IMG/VR virus record: IMGVR_UViG_3300025137_005045
Reading direction: 5' to 3' (one strand)
Length of the DNA: 64,000 bases
Source: a virus
Taxonomy: Duplodnaviria > Caudoviricetes
Every line of letters begins with the position of its first letter. The stretch's first letter is position 1. Positions 1 to 10,200 of this stretch are shown here, piece after piece. Under the pieces are notes generated by a model. That model was not told where the DNA came from. It ran no database searches and saw only the letters and a list, made by a program, of their open reading frames with translations. The translations under genes and the position numbers were made by a program.

Positions 1-336
1 TTAGGGTTAACAGGAGTTGATGCATTACCAACAATTCCAGTTCGTGCAGATATCGCCGGTACAGATTTTGAAGGATTTATTGTATCACAAAAAGGTTCAA
101 AAACATTCCGTGTATCAAATGACGGTGGATCAGTAGTAGGAGAAGCTATTTTAGTTAATAAAATTACAGGTCATGACGCAGGAGAAATGTCAATAGTTGG
201 ACTAAACACGGCAGGAGAAGCAAAAGCTATTTCAAAGATTACAGCTAATAAAGCTGTTGATTTTGATGGAGTTATTTATTCTTGGGCAGTAGAAGACGAT
301 TCAGCTGAATCCATGCTACGCTTAACAGCTCTTTAA
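1..336 (+). CDS. 5'-truncated phage structural/hypothetical protein (C-terminal 111 aa)
   Basis: Open frame 1 from window start (LGLTGVDALPTIP...MLRLTAL*), TAA at 334-336, followed by a terminator; not in ORF track. Confidence 0.75.
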   Translation, partial: LGLTGVDALPTIPVRADIAGTDFEGFIVSQKGSKTFRVSNDGGSVVGEAILVNKITGHDAGEMSIVGLNTAGEAKAISKITANKAVDFDGVIYSWAVEDDSAESMLRLTAL

Positions 337-360
337 AATTAATATTTTTTTAGGCTACGG

Positions 361-396
361 AAATCCTCTTAGTAAATACACTGAGAGGATTTTTTT
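361..396 (+). terminator. Intrinsic terminator hairpin whose loop holds a late-promoter core
   Basis: AAATCCTCTTAG / CTGAGAGGATTT stem, loop TAAATACA, T-run follows. Confidence 0.7.
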
Positions 397-966
397 ATGA
401 CAGTAGGATTTGTATTAGGTAATGGTCGAAGTAGACTAGCAGTAGATCTTGAAGAGTTAAAAACCAAAGGGTTAATTTACGGATGCAATGCTATCTATAG
501 AGAGTTTATGCCTCATGTATTAGTAGCAACAGATAGGTTAATTGCAAACAGAATTCAAGAAGAAGAAATAGATAAAAAAGTTAAATTTTGGACACGTAGG
601 CCTATAGAAGGTTCAGCGGCACATAAAATAGAACGACCGTATTACGGAAATAGTTCCGGGCCTGTTGCAGTATCTAGAGCTTGCATAGACGGAGCAACAC
701 ATATATTTCTTTTAGGATTTGATCTAGGTACATCAGACAGCAAATTTAATAACATATATGCCGATACTGAATTCTATAAAAAAAGTACAGATGATCCAAC
801 CTATGCAGGTAATTGGATATATCAACTTAATGATATAGCTAAAGCATTTCCTAAAGTAATATTTTTCAGAGTAACAGGTGAAGAATCTGCAGAAGTTAAA
901 TTTGATCGAAATAATATGGAAACAATAGCTATGGCCGAGTTTAAGTTAAAGATAAATAAGCTATAA
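397..966 (+). CDS. DUF115/Maf (MptE-like, sialyltransferase-fold) protein
   Basis: VLGNGRSR, YGCNAIY, VATD and IFLLGFD motifs. Confidence 0.6.
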   Translation: MTVGFVLGNGRSRLAVDLEELKTKGLIYGCNAIYREFMPHVLVATDRLIANRIQEEEIDKKVKFWTRRPIEGSAAHKIERPYYGNSSGPVAVSRACIDGATHIFLLGFDLGTSDSKFNNIYADTEFYKKSTDDPTYAGNWIYQLNDIAKAFPKVIFFRVTGEESAEVKFDRNNMETIAMAEFKLKINKL

Positions 967-978
967 TAGGAAAAGCAA

Positions 979-1629
979 ATGAGTACACATAAAAGAGTAA
1001 CCGGAGATTATGCTATTACCACTGTTAATGCCAGTGATAATATTACTTTAACTACACACACTGTTACAGTGACAGGTAACTTAACTGTTTCGGGTACACA
1101 AACAACTGTTAATTCGGTTGACCTGGATATTAAAGATAGACTTATTGTTTTAAACAAAGGTGAGTCAGGTGCAGGAGTTACAGGAGTACAATCAGGTATA
1201 CAAGTTGATAGGGGATCTGCGACTGATTCTAAGATCGTATATGTTGAATCTTCAGATCAATGGAATCTTGACCAAGGTAACGGATCACTTGTTCCCATTG
1301 TTAGTTCAGTATCTGGAGTAACAGAAGTAAGTGATGACACTACACCAGTACTAGGTGGTGCTTTAGATGTTAACGGCAAGTCAATAGTTAGTTCATCAAA
1401 TGGTAATATTGCAATAGCCGCAAACGGTACAGGAATATTACATGTTGACGGCTCAGCGGTACGGTTACAAAACGAAGCTGGAGACCCAACAGGACAATCA
1501 GGGTATACTACAGTTTATTCTAAAGTAGCTGGATCAGGTGGTACAGGATTATATGCAGTGACAAATACCTCAACAGCAGATGAACTAGTAAGTAAATCGA
1601 AAGCCGTAGTATTCGGCATTATATTTTAA
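979..1629 (+). CDS. Virion structural (tail/baseplate-associated) protein
   Basis: Thr/Gly/Val-rich, GNLTVSGTQTTVNS...DRLIVLNKG...GIQVDRG motif shared with the tail fibre; late promoter core at 953-958. Confidence 0.6.
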   Translation: MSTHKRVTGDYAITTVNASDNITLTTHTVTVTGNLTVSGTQTTVNSVDLDIKDRLIVLNKGESGAGVTGVQSGIQVDRGSATDSKIVYVESSDQWNLDQGNGSLVPIVSSVSGVTEVSDDTTPVLGGALDVNGKSIVSSSNGNIAIAANGTGILHVDGSAVRLQNEAGDPTGQSGYTTVYSKVAGSGGTGLYAVTNTSTADELVSKSKAVVFGIIF

Positions 1630-1639
1630 GGAATAAAAC

Positions 1640-1954
1640 ATGACAATTAGTACATTACAAGTCAATGATAGTGCTACAACAGTATATACATCGACAAACA
1701 ATACAGCAGTTACTTTTCAATCTTATACAAACTATTCTGCCAGTGCAGTTAAAATTGATATCAATTTGGTACCAAGTGGTGGATCAGTAGCTGATACCAA
1801 TTTGATAGTTAACGAGCTAGCTATTGCGGCAAAAGATACATATCAAGTATATTCTGGAGGAGAAAAACTCCTGTTAGGAAACGGTGATTTCTTAGTTGCT
1901 ACAGCCAATGCGGCATCAGCAATAACAGTTGTAACATCATTTACAACAATCTAG
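1640..1954 (+). CDS. Small virion structural protein
   Basis: 104 aa beta-rich ORF, SD AAGGA, in structural operon. Confidence 0.6.
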   Translation: MTISTLQVNDSATTVYTSTNNTAVTFQSYTNYSASAVKIDINLVPSGGSVADTNLIVNELAIAAKDTYQVYSGGEKLLLGNGDFLVATANAASAITVVTSFTTI

Positions 1955-1961
1955 ATAAATT

Positions 1962-2372
1962 ATGTCAGGTAAATTTCTTAAAGAGCCTAAGGCAGACACG
2001 TCAGCAAAAGCAATCACAGTACCTTCCGGTGGTGCTTCTGACAGACCAGGCGCTCCTATATTTGGTAGTTTTAGATTTAATACCGACATTGGGTCTCTAG
2101 AGTTCTTTAACGGAACAGTTTTTAAGACTGTATCTGAAGCAGGAGAGAAAACTCTTGTTATTAATACATTTACAGGTAACTCGTCTACCAAAACATTTAC
2201 AATGTCAGTAACACCGACAGCAGTAACTCAACTATTGGTTTTTATTGGCGGAGTATTTCAAGAATCAACCACACACTACTCAGTATCATCAGATGACATA
2301 ACATTTAGTGAAGCACCTCCAACTGGAGAAACTATAACAGTTATTCACAACATTGCAAAAACTCCAAATTAA
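1962..2372 (+). CDS. Tail-associated protein with fibre module and Ig-like module
   Basis: VPSG..SDRP..P..G.FRFNT module plus FTGNSSTKTF...FSEAPPTG module, both also in 5918 and 7298 genes. Confidence 0.6.
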   Translation: MSGKFLKEPKADTSAKAITVPSGGASDRPGAPIFGSFRFNTDIGSLEFFNGTVFKTVSEAGEKTLVINTFTGNSSTKTFTMSVTPTAVTQLLVFIGGVFQESTTHYSVSSDDITFSEAPPTGETITVIHNIAKTPN

Positions 2373-2380
2373 TATATAGA

Positions 2381-2386
2381 TAAATA
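2381..2386 (+). promoter_or_regulatory. T4-like late promoter core TAAATA
   Basis: GATAAATA just after a stop codon, upstream of the 1146-aa gene. Confidence 0.6.
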
Positions 2387-2477
2387 AACGCATAACCAAC
2401 ACGGTGTTGGGGACAAACCGAGGTAAACCTGCGATAGAACAAGGTTATCCGTGAAATACGGAGGATAAGGAGAGAAT

Positions 2478-5400
2478 ATGGCTTCAGGCCGAATATCCGG
2501 TAGACTCTTGCGAGATGATCTTGCTAGAGATACCAATTTAACATTTGATACAAATACTCTGGTTGTTGATTACGTCAACAACAAAGTTGGTGTTGGCACA
2601 GTTTCCCCATCTGACCTTCTTACTGTCAATGGTAATTCTACTTTAGACAAAATACAAATTTCAAACAATCAAATAATATCAGTCAATACCAATGCTGACA
2701 TAGTAGTGTCTCCGAACGGTACCGGAAATATTAATGCATCAACAAGTTTTATAAACAACGTATCTAATCCAGTACAAAATCTAGACGTTGCTAATAAGGT
2801 ATATGTTGATACAACAGTAGCCGGAGTACTTGGTAGTACATTGAACTTGGGTTCAGCTGGTGATGGATCATTGGTAACCAGCGGAGCATATATTAATTGG
2901 ACAACAACAACAAAAATTACAGATGCCATCGACGATTTAAACGAAGTAGTTGAAAATGTACGTAATAATACTTTTGTTAAACAAGTAGACTTTGTAGCTG
3001 ATATAGTAGCGGCAGGTGCAGGAACTGCGGTCACTTTAACAATTACGACAACAGGTACCGCTAATAGATTTGATGTAACATGGGGCGATGGTGATACAGA
3101 TACCAATATTACAGATACAACACCAACGCACACATACGCTACAAATGTAGGATCACCATTTGATGTAACTGTTAGAGCATATAATACCGGCGGTAGTGGA
3201 ACCGGTAGTGAAGCAAGTAAAACTAGAGAAAATTACATTACCATTTTTACAGCAAATCCTGTGGTATCATTTGCGATATTTGCGGGATCAAGTGGCGGAA
3301 GTGCAATAAACTTTTGGGATGATGGTGCTACAGTATATTTAGAAAATACAACAACAAATATTGGAAGTGCTACAATTCAATTTACAGTCAATTGGGGTGA
3401 TGGATCAAGCAATAATGTAATTACGGATAATACAGCAAATGGCGGAACAGCAGGTAGTAGACTTGCACATACATTTACAGCATCAACAGAACAAGAACAA
3501 CAAAGAACAGTTACAGTTACTTTAGATAGTCATTCAACAGCAACACCAGCAGTTATTCCAACCAGTGCTAACGATGCAGTTGAAATTTATGATACACATA
3601 CTCCTACAGTGTCACTAGATGATGCTTCGGGAGTCAATGAAGAAGCAACATCAGGACATGTTGTTACATTTACAAATAATACAGAAAATACAATAGGTAG
3701 TTTCTCAACATATGGAATACAATACCAATACCAATGGGGTGATGGAACATCTTCAAACACTGTAAACGCAGGATCAAGCGGTGCTGGCGATACAGGCGGC
3801 ACAATTGCTCATACATTTGCGTTAAGCTCAAGCGATCAAGCAAATGGAACACCAAGGGATTATGTTGGTAATATTAGAGTTACATCAAATCATACAAGTT
3901 CACCGTTTGTAAGTTCAAACTTTACTGTTCATGTTGAACCTGATGTCAGATCAAATATTGCAGGAACAGCGGTTACAGTATCAGATCGAACAGGTGATGA
4001 TCAATTTGATATATATGATTTTACTGACTATAATGGAAGTAATCGTGCGTTAGTCAGGATGACTAACACATCACAAAATGCCGATGACTATGTTTATAAC
4101 TTTGCTGACGGTGCAGGTAACACAGCAGTTACAGAAAACGGAAGTAATGCAGGCAGTATCGGAGCAGTTTTAGATCGTGATTTCGCAGGAAAAAGCACAG
4201 GCACATACAATCTAACATTTACATCTAACGGAACTCCAGACATAACAGCACAAACAGATGTTGACACGAGTATTACATTTACATTAAAAGCTACCCCAAC
4301 AGTACCAAGCAATTTAAGTAGCTTTACACTAAGTCTGTCAGATAGCTCTCAAGGTACTAGTCCTAAACTAACATCGGGCTTTACAGACAATTCAGAAAGT
4401 AATCCATTAGCGGCAGGTGCTAGTTTATCGACCACTAGTGCCAGAAGATACACATCAGGTACAATTGATACTAATGTAATTAATAATTCGTTTAACGGCG
4501 TTGCAGGCACCTTAACAGCTAAAGTAAATGGTGTTGATAAAGGTAACAAAGCATTCTCTGCATCAACAGGCGAGAACGGAACATTTACAAGTTTGGTAGT
4601 AAGCAATCAAGCTGATGCAAACAGCACAATATCAGGATCAACATACCCAACAGGATTTTATCAAACATTTGATGCTAAAATTACACAGGCATTATCAAAT
4701 TACACAGTAGGTGTTAATGATCAAAGATTAGAACATTCAACAACAGGAAACACTAATTACGTATCTGTTGTTTATGATGACATTACTGACACGCCAACAA
4801 TTGGAAGTGGAGCAGGCACACTAGCAGAAGGAACAGCAGGCACTAAACGATTTGTTTCAGGTGTTCCTTATTACAATTCAGGATCACCAACAGTGGTATT
4901 AACAGGCGTGCAAGTTAGCAACTTAACAGGGCAAGCATTTTCAGATGTTTCAAATCCTGTGGAAGTTAATACCGGTGCTAATCAGGAAGGAACATCATCA
5001 GCAGGTACTGTAGATACTGATTACACATATGCAAACATAGACGGGTCAACAACAATGCTAGCTAGTGGTATTCCAAAGATGGATATTGGTGTATCAAGTG
5101 CATATACATTAGGTGCATTAACAGTACCGATTACTTCAAGTTCAGTAAGAACTGTCGACAGAGTTCGAGTTCGTGCTAGAAACTGTAATGGTATAGGTGG
5201 CTACATATCTAATGTAACAAACATTAATGTACACACATCAGCACAATCAGGTATAAGTGAAATATTAATTCCAGTAAGTGATAGTTTAGGTGCAGGATTT
5301 GATGATGACGGTGTAAGAATATTTAATTTTAACGGAGATACATCAAATAATCCGAGTTATTCAGGGTCAACAAACTTCTATACTAGTAGTCCATACACTG

Positions 5401-5918
5401 AGGCAAGTGATCCTGGAGTTGCAGGAACAAAAGAAGCAACTATACGTTTAGGGGTGCTAGAACATAATGTTGTTAATTATGCATCAGGATATTTACCAGC
5501 AGGACCAAATAGAAGTGGAGACACAGGAACACAATACTTTACATTTGCTTTCCGTAGAACAACAATGTCTAATTTTGATATTAATATTACTAGTTCATCA
5601 ATTGCTGGATTATGGATAGCGGCTCCAGGAACAGGCATTGACACAGCTTCAGGATTGAATGGATGGATTGATTCATCAATAACATACGGTGGATCAGGAG
5701 TACCTGGTAGTGATACAGGCAACGGTGGGAATGGGTCAAATGGTTGTGCATTTACATCAGGGGATAGAATAGCATCAGGTACAAGTTTATCAGGTGGCTA
5801 TACAATGACACTAGGTAGTGAGAACGGAACAAATGCAACAGGAAATGTTATATTAGTTCGTATTGCATTAACATCAGGTCAAAGTGTAACAGCGTTGTCA
5901 GTAGGAGTAGCTAGCTAA
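2478..5918 (+). CDS. Large PKD/Ig-domain virion protein (1146 aa)
   Basis: Several WGDG/FWDDG/FADG PKD-type motifs with TPTHTY, AHTF; Ser/Thr/Gly-rich; SD AAGGAG. Confidence 0.65.
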   Translation: MASGRISGRLLRDDLARDTNLTFDTNTLVVDYVNNKVGVGTVSPSDLLTVNGNSTLDKIQISNNQIISVNTNADIVVSPNGTGNINASTSFINNVSNPVQNLDVANKVYVDTTVAGVLGSTLNLGSAGDGSLVTSGAYINWTTTTKITDAIDDLNEVVENVRNNTFVKQVDFVADIVAAGAGTAVTLTITTTGTANRFDVTWGDGDTDTNITDTTPTHTYATNVGSPFDVTVRAYNTGGSGTGSEASKTRENYITIFTANPVVSFAIFAGSSGGSAINFWDDGATVYLENTTTNIGSATIQFTVNWGDGSSNNVITDNTANGGTAGSRLAHTFTASTEQEQQRTVTVTLDSHSTATPAVIPTSANDAVEIYDTHTPTVSLDDASGVNEEATSGHVVTFTNNTENTIGSFSTYGIQYQYQWGDGTSSNTVNAGSSGAGDTGGTIAHTFALSSSDQANGTPRDYVGNIRVTSNHTSSPFVSSNFTVHVEPDVRSNIAGTAVTVSDRTGDDQFDIYDFTDYNGSNRALVRMTNTSQNADDYVYNFADGAGNTAVTENGSNAGSIGAVLDRDFAGKSTGTYNLTFTSNGTPDITAQTDVDTSITFTLKATPTVPSNLSSFTLSLSDSSQGTSPKLTSGFTDNSESNPLAAGASLSTTSARRYTSGTIDTNVINNSFNGVAGTLTAKVNGVDKGNKAFSASTGENGTFTSLVVSNQADANSTISGSTYPTGFYQTFDAKITQALSNYTVGVNDQRLEHSTTGNTNYVSVVYDDITDTPTIGSGAGTLAEGTAGTKRFVSGVPYYNSGSPTVVLTGVQVSNLTGQAFSDVSNPVEVNTGANQEGTSSAGTVDTDYTYANIDGSTTMLASGIPKMDIGVSSAYTLGALTVPITSSSVRTVDRVRVRARNCNGIGGYISNVTNINVHTSAQSGISEILIPVSDSLGAGFDDDGVRIFNFNGDTSNNPSYSGSTNFYTSSPYTEASDPGVAGTKEATIRLGVLEHNVVNYASGYLPAGPNRSGDTGTQYFTFAFRRTTMSNFDINITSSSIAGLWIAAPGTGIDTASGLNGWIDSSITYGGSGVPGSDTGNGGNGSNGCAFTSGDRIASGTSLSGGYTMTLGSENGTNATGNVILVRIALTSGQSVTALSVGVAS

Positions 5919-7111
5919 TGGCAATTACAGACACCCAGAAAGTTGATTACCTTTGGAAGAAAATAGGGTACGGTGCAACTAAAACAGATACCAATGCTAA
6001 TAAAAAAGCACCCAACGAAGCAATAGCATCACCATTACTACTGCGTGGCGACAAAGTGTGGCAACAGGCAAGTAGCATTCCAGCAGTTATGCCAGGTTCA
6101 TCATCAGCACCGGTTACAGTGTATCCAACATCAGCACCAGATGAAACAACAATTGATGGAACAGCCACAGCAAACAGAACTTGGAAAACAGGATTAACAG
6201 ACTGGATACCGCCAGAGATAGGTTCTACATATCAAGTAAAAGTGTTTATACATACTTCAAGTGATGCCTCAGGTGCATCAGGTGGTGATCAAGTGTTTGC
6301 CACAGGTTCAGGTAATGATGACGAATGGTTCTTTGATTATCAATCAGGAGTACTACACTTTGTAGGAGCAAACTTGCCCAACGGTATAAGTTTCTCAGGT
6401 AAGTCAGTTTATATATCAGGTGCTAGGTATACTGGTACGTTTGGAGTAGGTAGCGGTTCGGCAACTACTTTAGGTAATATTACTGCTGATGACACAACGC
6501 TGACATCAACAACAGCCAGCGACGATATTATCATTAATGCTGAATCCGGGCTATTTAAGATTTTAGGAACAACAGGATTTGCTATTCCTGTTGGAACAAC
6601 AGCACAAAGATCTGGTTCACCAGCTACGGGTACATTAAGATATAATTCCACAACAGGTGCATTAGAGTTATATGATGGGGCGGCATGGGACGCAACAGGA
6701 GACTTCACAACTCTAGTACAGTCATTTAATGGAGATGCTTCAACAGTGGCATTTACATTATCAGCGGCAACAACCACAGAGAGTCTAATAGTTAGTATTA
6801 ATGGCGTTTTACAAGAACCAACAACAGCATATGCTGTAAGTTCAACTACGTTAACATTTACAGAAGCTCCTGCGACCGGCGATAAAATTATTGTCAGATT
6901 TATGACAAAAACATTAGGTAGTACTGTTGGAACTTATGTTAAAACATCACCAGTAGCAGTTTCTGGATTACCATCAGCATCATCAGTAGGTGCTGGATCA
7001 AGAGCATTCGTAACAGATGCCAACGCAACAACCTTTGCATCAATAGTAGCAAACGGGGGATCCAACGGAGTACCTGTTTACTCAGACGGCACAAACTGGC
7101 GTATAGGTTAA
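5918..7111 (+). CDS. Virion structural/tail protein
   Basis: IPVGTTAQR..G.LRYN and FNGDASTVAFTL...TFTEAPATG modules; TAATG coupling. Confidence 0.6.
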   Translation: MAITDTQKVDYLWKKIGYGATKTDTNANKKAPNEAIASPLLLRGDKVWQQASSIPAVMPGSSSAPVTVYPTSAPDETTIDGTATANRTWKTGLTDWIPPEIGSTYQVKVFIHTSSDASGASGGDQVFATGSGNDDEWFFDYQSGVLHFVGANLPNGISFSGKSVYISGARYTGTFGVGSGSATTLGNITADDTTLTSTTASDDIIINAESGLFKILGTTGFAIPVGTTAQRSGSPATGTLRYNSTTGALELYDGAAWDATGDFTTLVQSFNGDASTVAFTLSAATTTESLIVSINGVLQEPTTAYAVSSTTLTFTEAPATGDKIIVRFMTKTLGSTVGTYVKTSPVAVSGLPSASSVGAGSRAFVTDANATTFASIVANGGSNGVPVYSDGTNWRIG

Positions 7112-7186
7112 TTATATAAAGTGCGTAGTTTATTCAATAATATCAGTAGTTTATATCAACCCGTAACAGTTACAAAATACCAAATT

Positions 7187-7196
7187 TAAATAAATA
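7187..7196 (+). promoter_or_regulatory. Late promoter core(s) TAAATAAATA
   Basis: Two overlapping TAAATA upstream of the main fibre gene. Confidence 0.55.
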
Positions 7197-7297
7197 CTTT
7201 CAAGTAGATAGCTGGACAATTAACAGTTGTCAACTACCAGGTAGTAGTTCGGGGGATAGCTACCCTTAAATGCTTAGATTATAAGGACAAAAATATC

Positions 7298-10200
7298 ATG
7301 GCAGTAACAAGAATAAAAAATAATCAGGTAACAGATGCAACATTGACCGGTGCTAAACTAGTCAATAACACTGTTACCGCAGGAAAGTTAGCAAACAATT
7401 TAACTTATGCCTCGAACTTAACGGTTTCGGGCAATCTTACAGTTAACGGTGCTACTAACACAATTTCCACAGTAAACACAACAATTGAAGATGCGGTTAT
7501 TGTACTTAACTCTGAAGTTACAGGTTCAAGTGGTGCAAGAGACATGGGTCTTTACGGTGAACGTGGTGACGATACATCAGTGTTTATGGGATATGATGAG
7601 TCAGCAGACATATTTGTAATGGCAACAACAGATTCAGCAGGTACAGCAACAGCAATAAACATAACAGATTATGTTGGTTTAAAAGCTGGTCCAATTACAA
7701 CAGACGACACAATTGTAGCAACAGCTAACATTACAGGTGGTAACTTGATCACTGGTGCTCAAGTAGTAGCAACAGGTAACGTAACTGGTGCTAACTTAAA
7801 CACAGCTGGAAAAATTACAGATGGTGCTTTAGTATCAAATAATGGTACAATAACAGGTGCCGTAGCAATTACAGCTTCTGGTGCAATACAAGGTGCTACA
7901 CTAACAGATGGTGCATTTTCAGTTAATTCTGGAGCGGTAACAGGTGCAACTACATTGTCAACATCAGGACTAGCAACACTAGCAACTGCTATTGTTTCAG
8001 ATCTGACTGCTGATCAAATATGTGTACCAACAACAGATGGTAGACTTGCAAGTACCAACAAACTAACATTTGACGAAACAACATTAGGTGTTACAGGTGC
8101 GGCAACAATATCAACAACATTAGGAGTAACAGGACTGTCAACACTAGCAACTGCTACAGTTTCAGATCTGACTGCTGATCAAATATGTGTACCAACAACA
8201 GGTGGTAGACTTGCAAGTACCAACAAACTAACATTTGACGAAACAACATTAGGTGTTACCGGTGCAATTACTGCATCAACAACTATTGCGGCAACAGCTA
8301 ACATTACAGGTGGTAATTTAATCACTGGTGCTCAAGTGGTAGCAACAGGTAACATAACTGGTGCTAACTTAAACACAGCGGCCAAAGTTGTTTCAGGTAG
8401 TTTAGAAACAGGTGATGTTACAATTGCTTCTAGTAAAACACTAGCATTTGGTGCTAACAAACTTACAGGAGTAGCAGATCCAGCAAATGCTCAAGATGCG
8501 GCTACTAAAGCGTATGTTGATGGTTTACTATCATCTGGCTTCACAGTATCAGATGGATCTAATACACAAACTATTGCTAACGGAAATACACTAACAGTTT
8601 CAGGAACAGCTAACGAAATTACAGCAGTAGTTTCAGCAACAGACACATTAACACTTAGTTTACCAGATGATGTTACGATTGGTGATACACTAACTGTTGC
8701 AGGTAACTTGATAGTTCAGGGTACAACAACAACAGTTAACTCATCAGTAACACAAGTTGCTGATCCAATCTTCCAACTTGGTCGTGGTGCAAGCGGTGCG
8801 GCACTTGAATCGGATGATGCAAAAGATCGTGGTATAAGTATGTTTTACTATGAAGGTTCTGAAAAAACTGCGTTTATGGGCTTTGATACAACAGCCAATA
8901 CGTTTAAATACTTCTCAGATGCAACCATTAGTAGTGAAGTTGTTTCAGGTACAATGGGTACTGCTGAGTTTGGTTCAGTAGTAGTTGATAATTTAACTCT
9001 TGATGCAAATACTATTACATCAACAAACACTAACGGTAACTTAGAACTTGCGGCCAATGGCTCAGGTAAAGTTAATCTTGCTACAGGTAACGAACTTGTT
9101 ATTGCAGATTTAGCTGATGGAAAAATAATATTTTCAAGCAGTGGTCAATTATCAACCAACTCGAATTTAGGTTTTGACGGATCAACACTGGCTGTTACAG
9201 GTGCAATTACTGCATCAACAACCATTGCGGCAACTGCTAATATTACAGGTGGTAACTTAATCACTGGAGCCCAAGTGGTAGCAACAGGTAACGTAACTGG
9301 TGCTAATTTAAACACAGCTGGAAAAGTTGTTGCTGGAACAGTTATGGATTCAGCAACCATACATACATCAGGATTAGCTACATTACATTCAGCAACTGTT
9401 GAAGATCTAACTGCTGATCAGTTACTTGTACCAACAACAGGTGGTAGATTGGCTAGTACTGACAAACTAACCTTTGACGAAACAACACTGGCTGTTACAG
9501 GTGCGGCAACGATATCAACAACACTAGGGGTCACAGGACTATCAACACTAGCAACTGCTACTGTTTCTGATCTAACAGATAACCAAGTGGTAGTAGCAAG
9601 CACAAGTGGTAGATTGGCAAACACCAACAAACTAACATTTGATGAATCAACACTGGGTGTTACAGGTGCAATTACTGCATCAACAACGATGACTGCAACA
9701 GGTAACATCGGAGGTGGCAACATAGCAGGTACACGTGGTGTATTCACAAATATAGCAGGTGCATTAGAAACAGCGGCACAACCAAATGTAACATCACTAG
9801 GCACACTAAGTGCTCTAACAGTGGACAATGTTGTTGTTAACGGTAACGACATTACAGTAAGCTCAGGTGAATTAACCTTTAACGATGCTAGTGCTGACTT
9901 CAACATACGTTTTGAAGGTAATGGTGATGCAAACTTGTTATTCTTAGATGCAGGTACAGATTCAGTTAACATTGGTACAGCAACAGCAATAACTGATGTA
10001 AAACTTAATATTGGCGCTACAACATCATTTATGCCTCCAAAAGGTACATCTGCACAACGTCCTAGTTCAGCTGTAGTCGGTATGTTACGTTTTAACACAA
10101 CCACTGACTCAATTGAACAGTATTCAAGTGCTGACGGTTGGGAATCAGTTGGTGCTGTATCGTTTACTGTTATTGCTTCACAGACATTTGACGGTGATGC

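Noticed and set aside
2405-2460. c-di-GMP-I riboswitch resemblance (GGACAAACC..tetraloop)
   Set aside because: The GG/GACGCAAA core that should follow the first hairpin is absent; kept only as a generic structured leader
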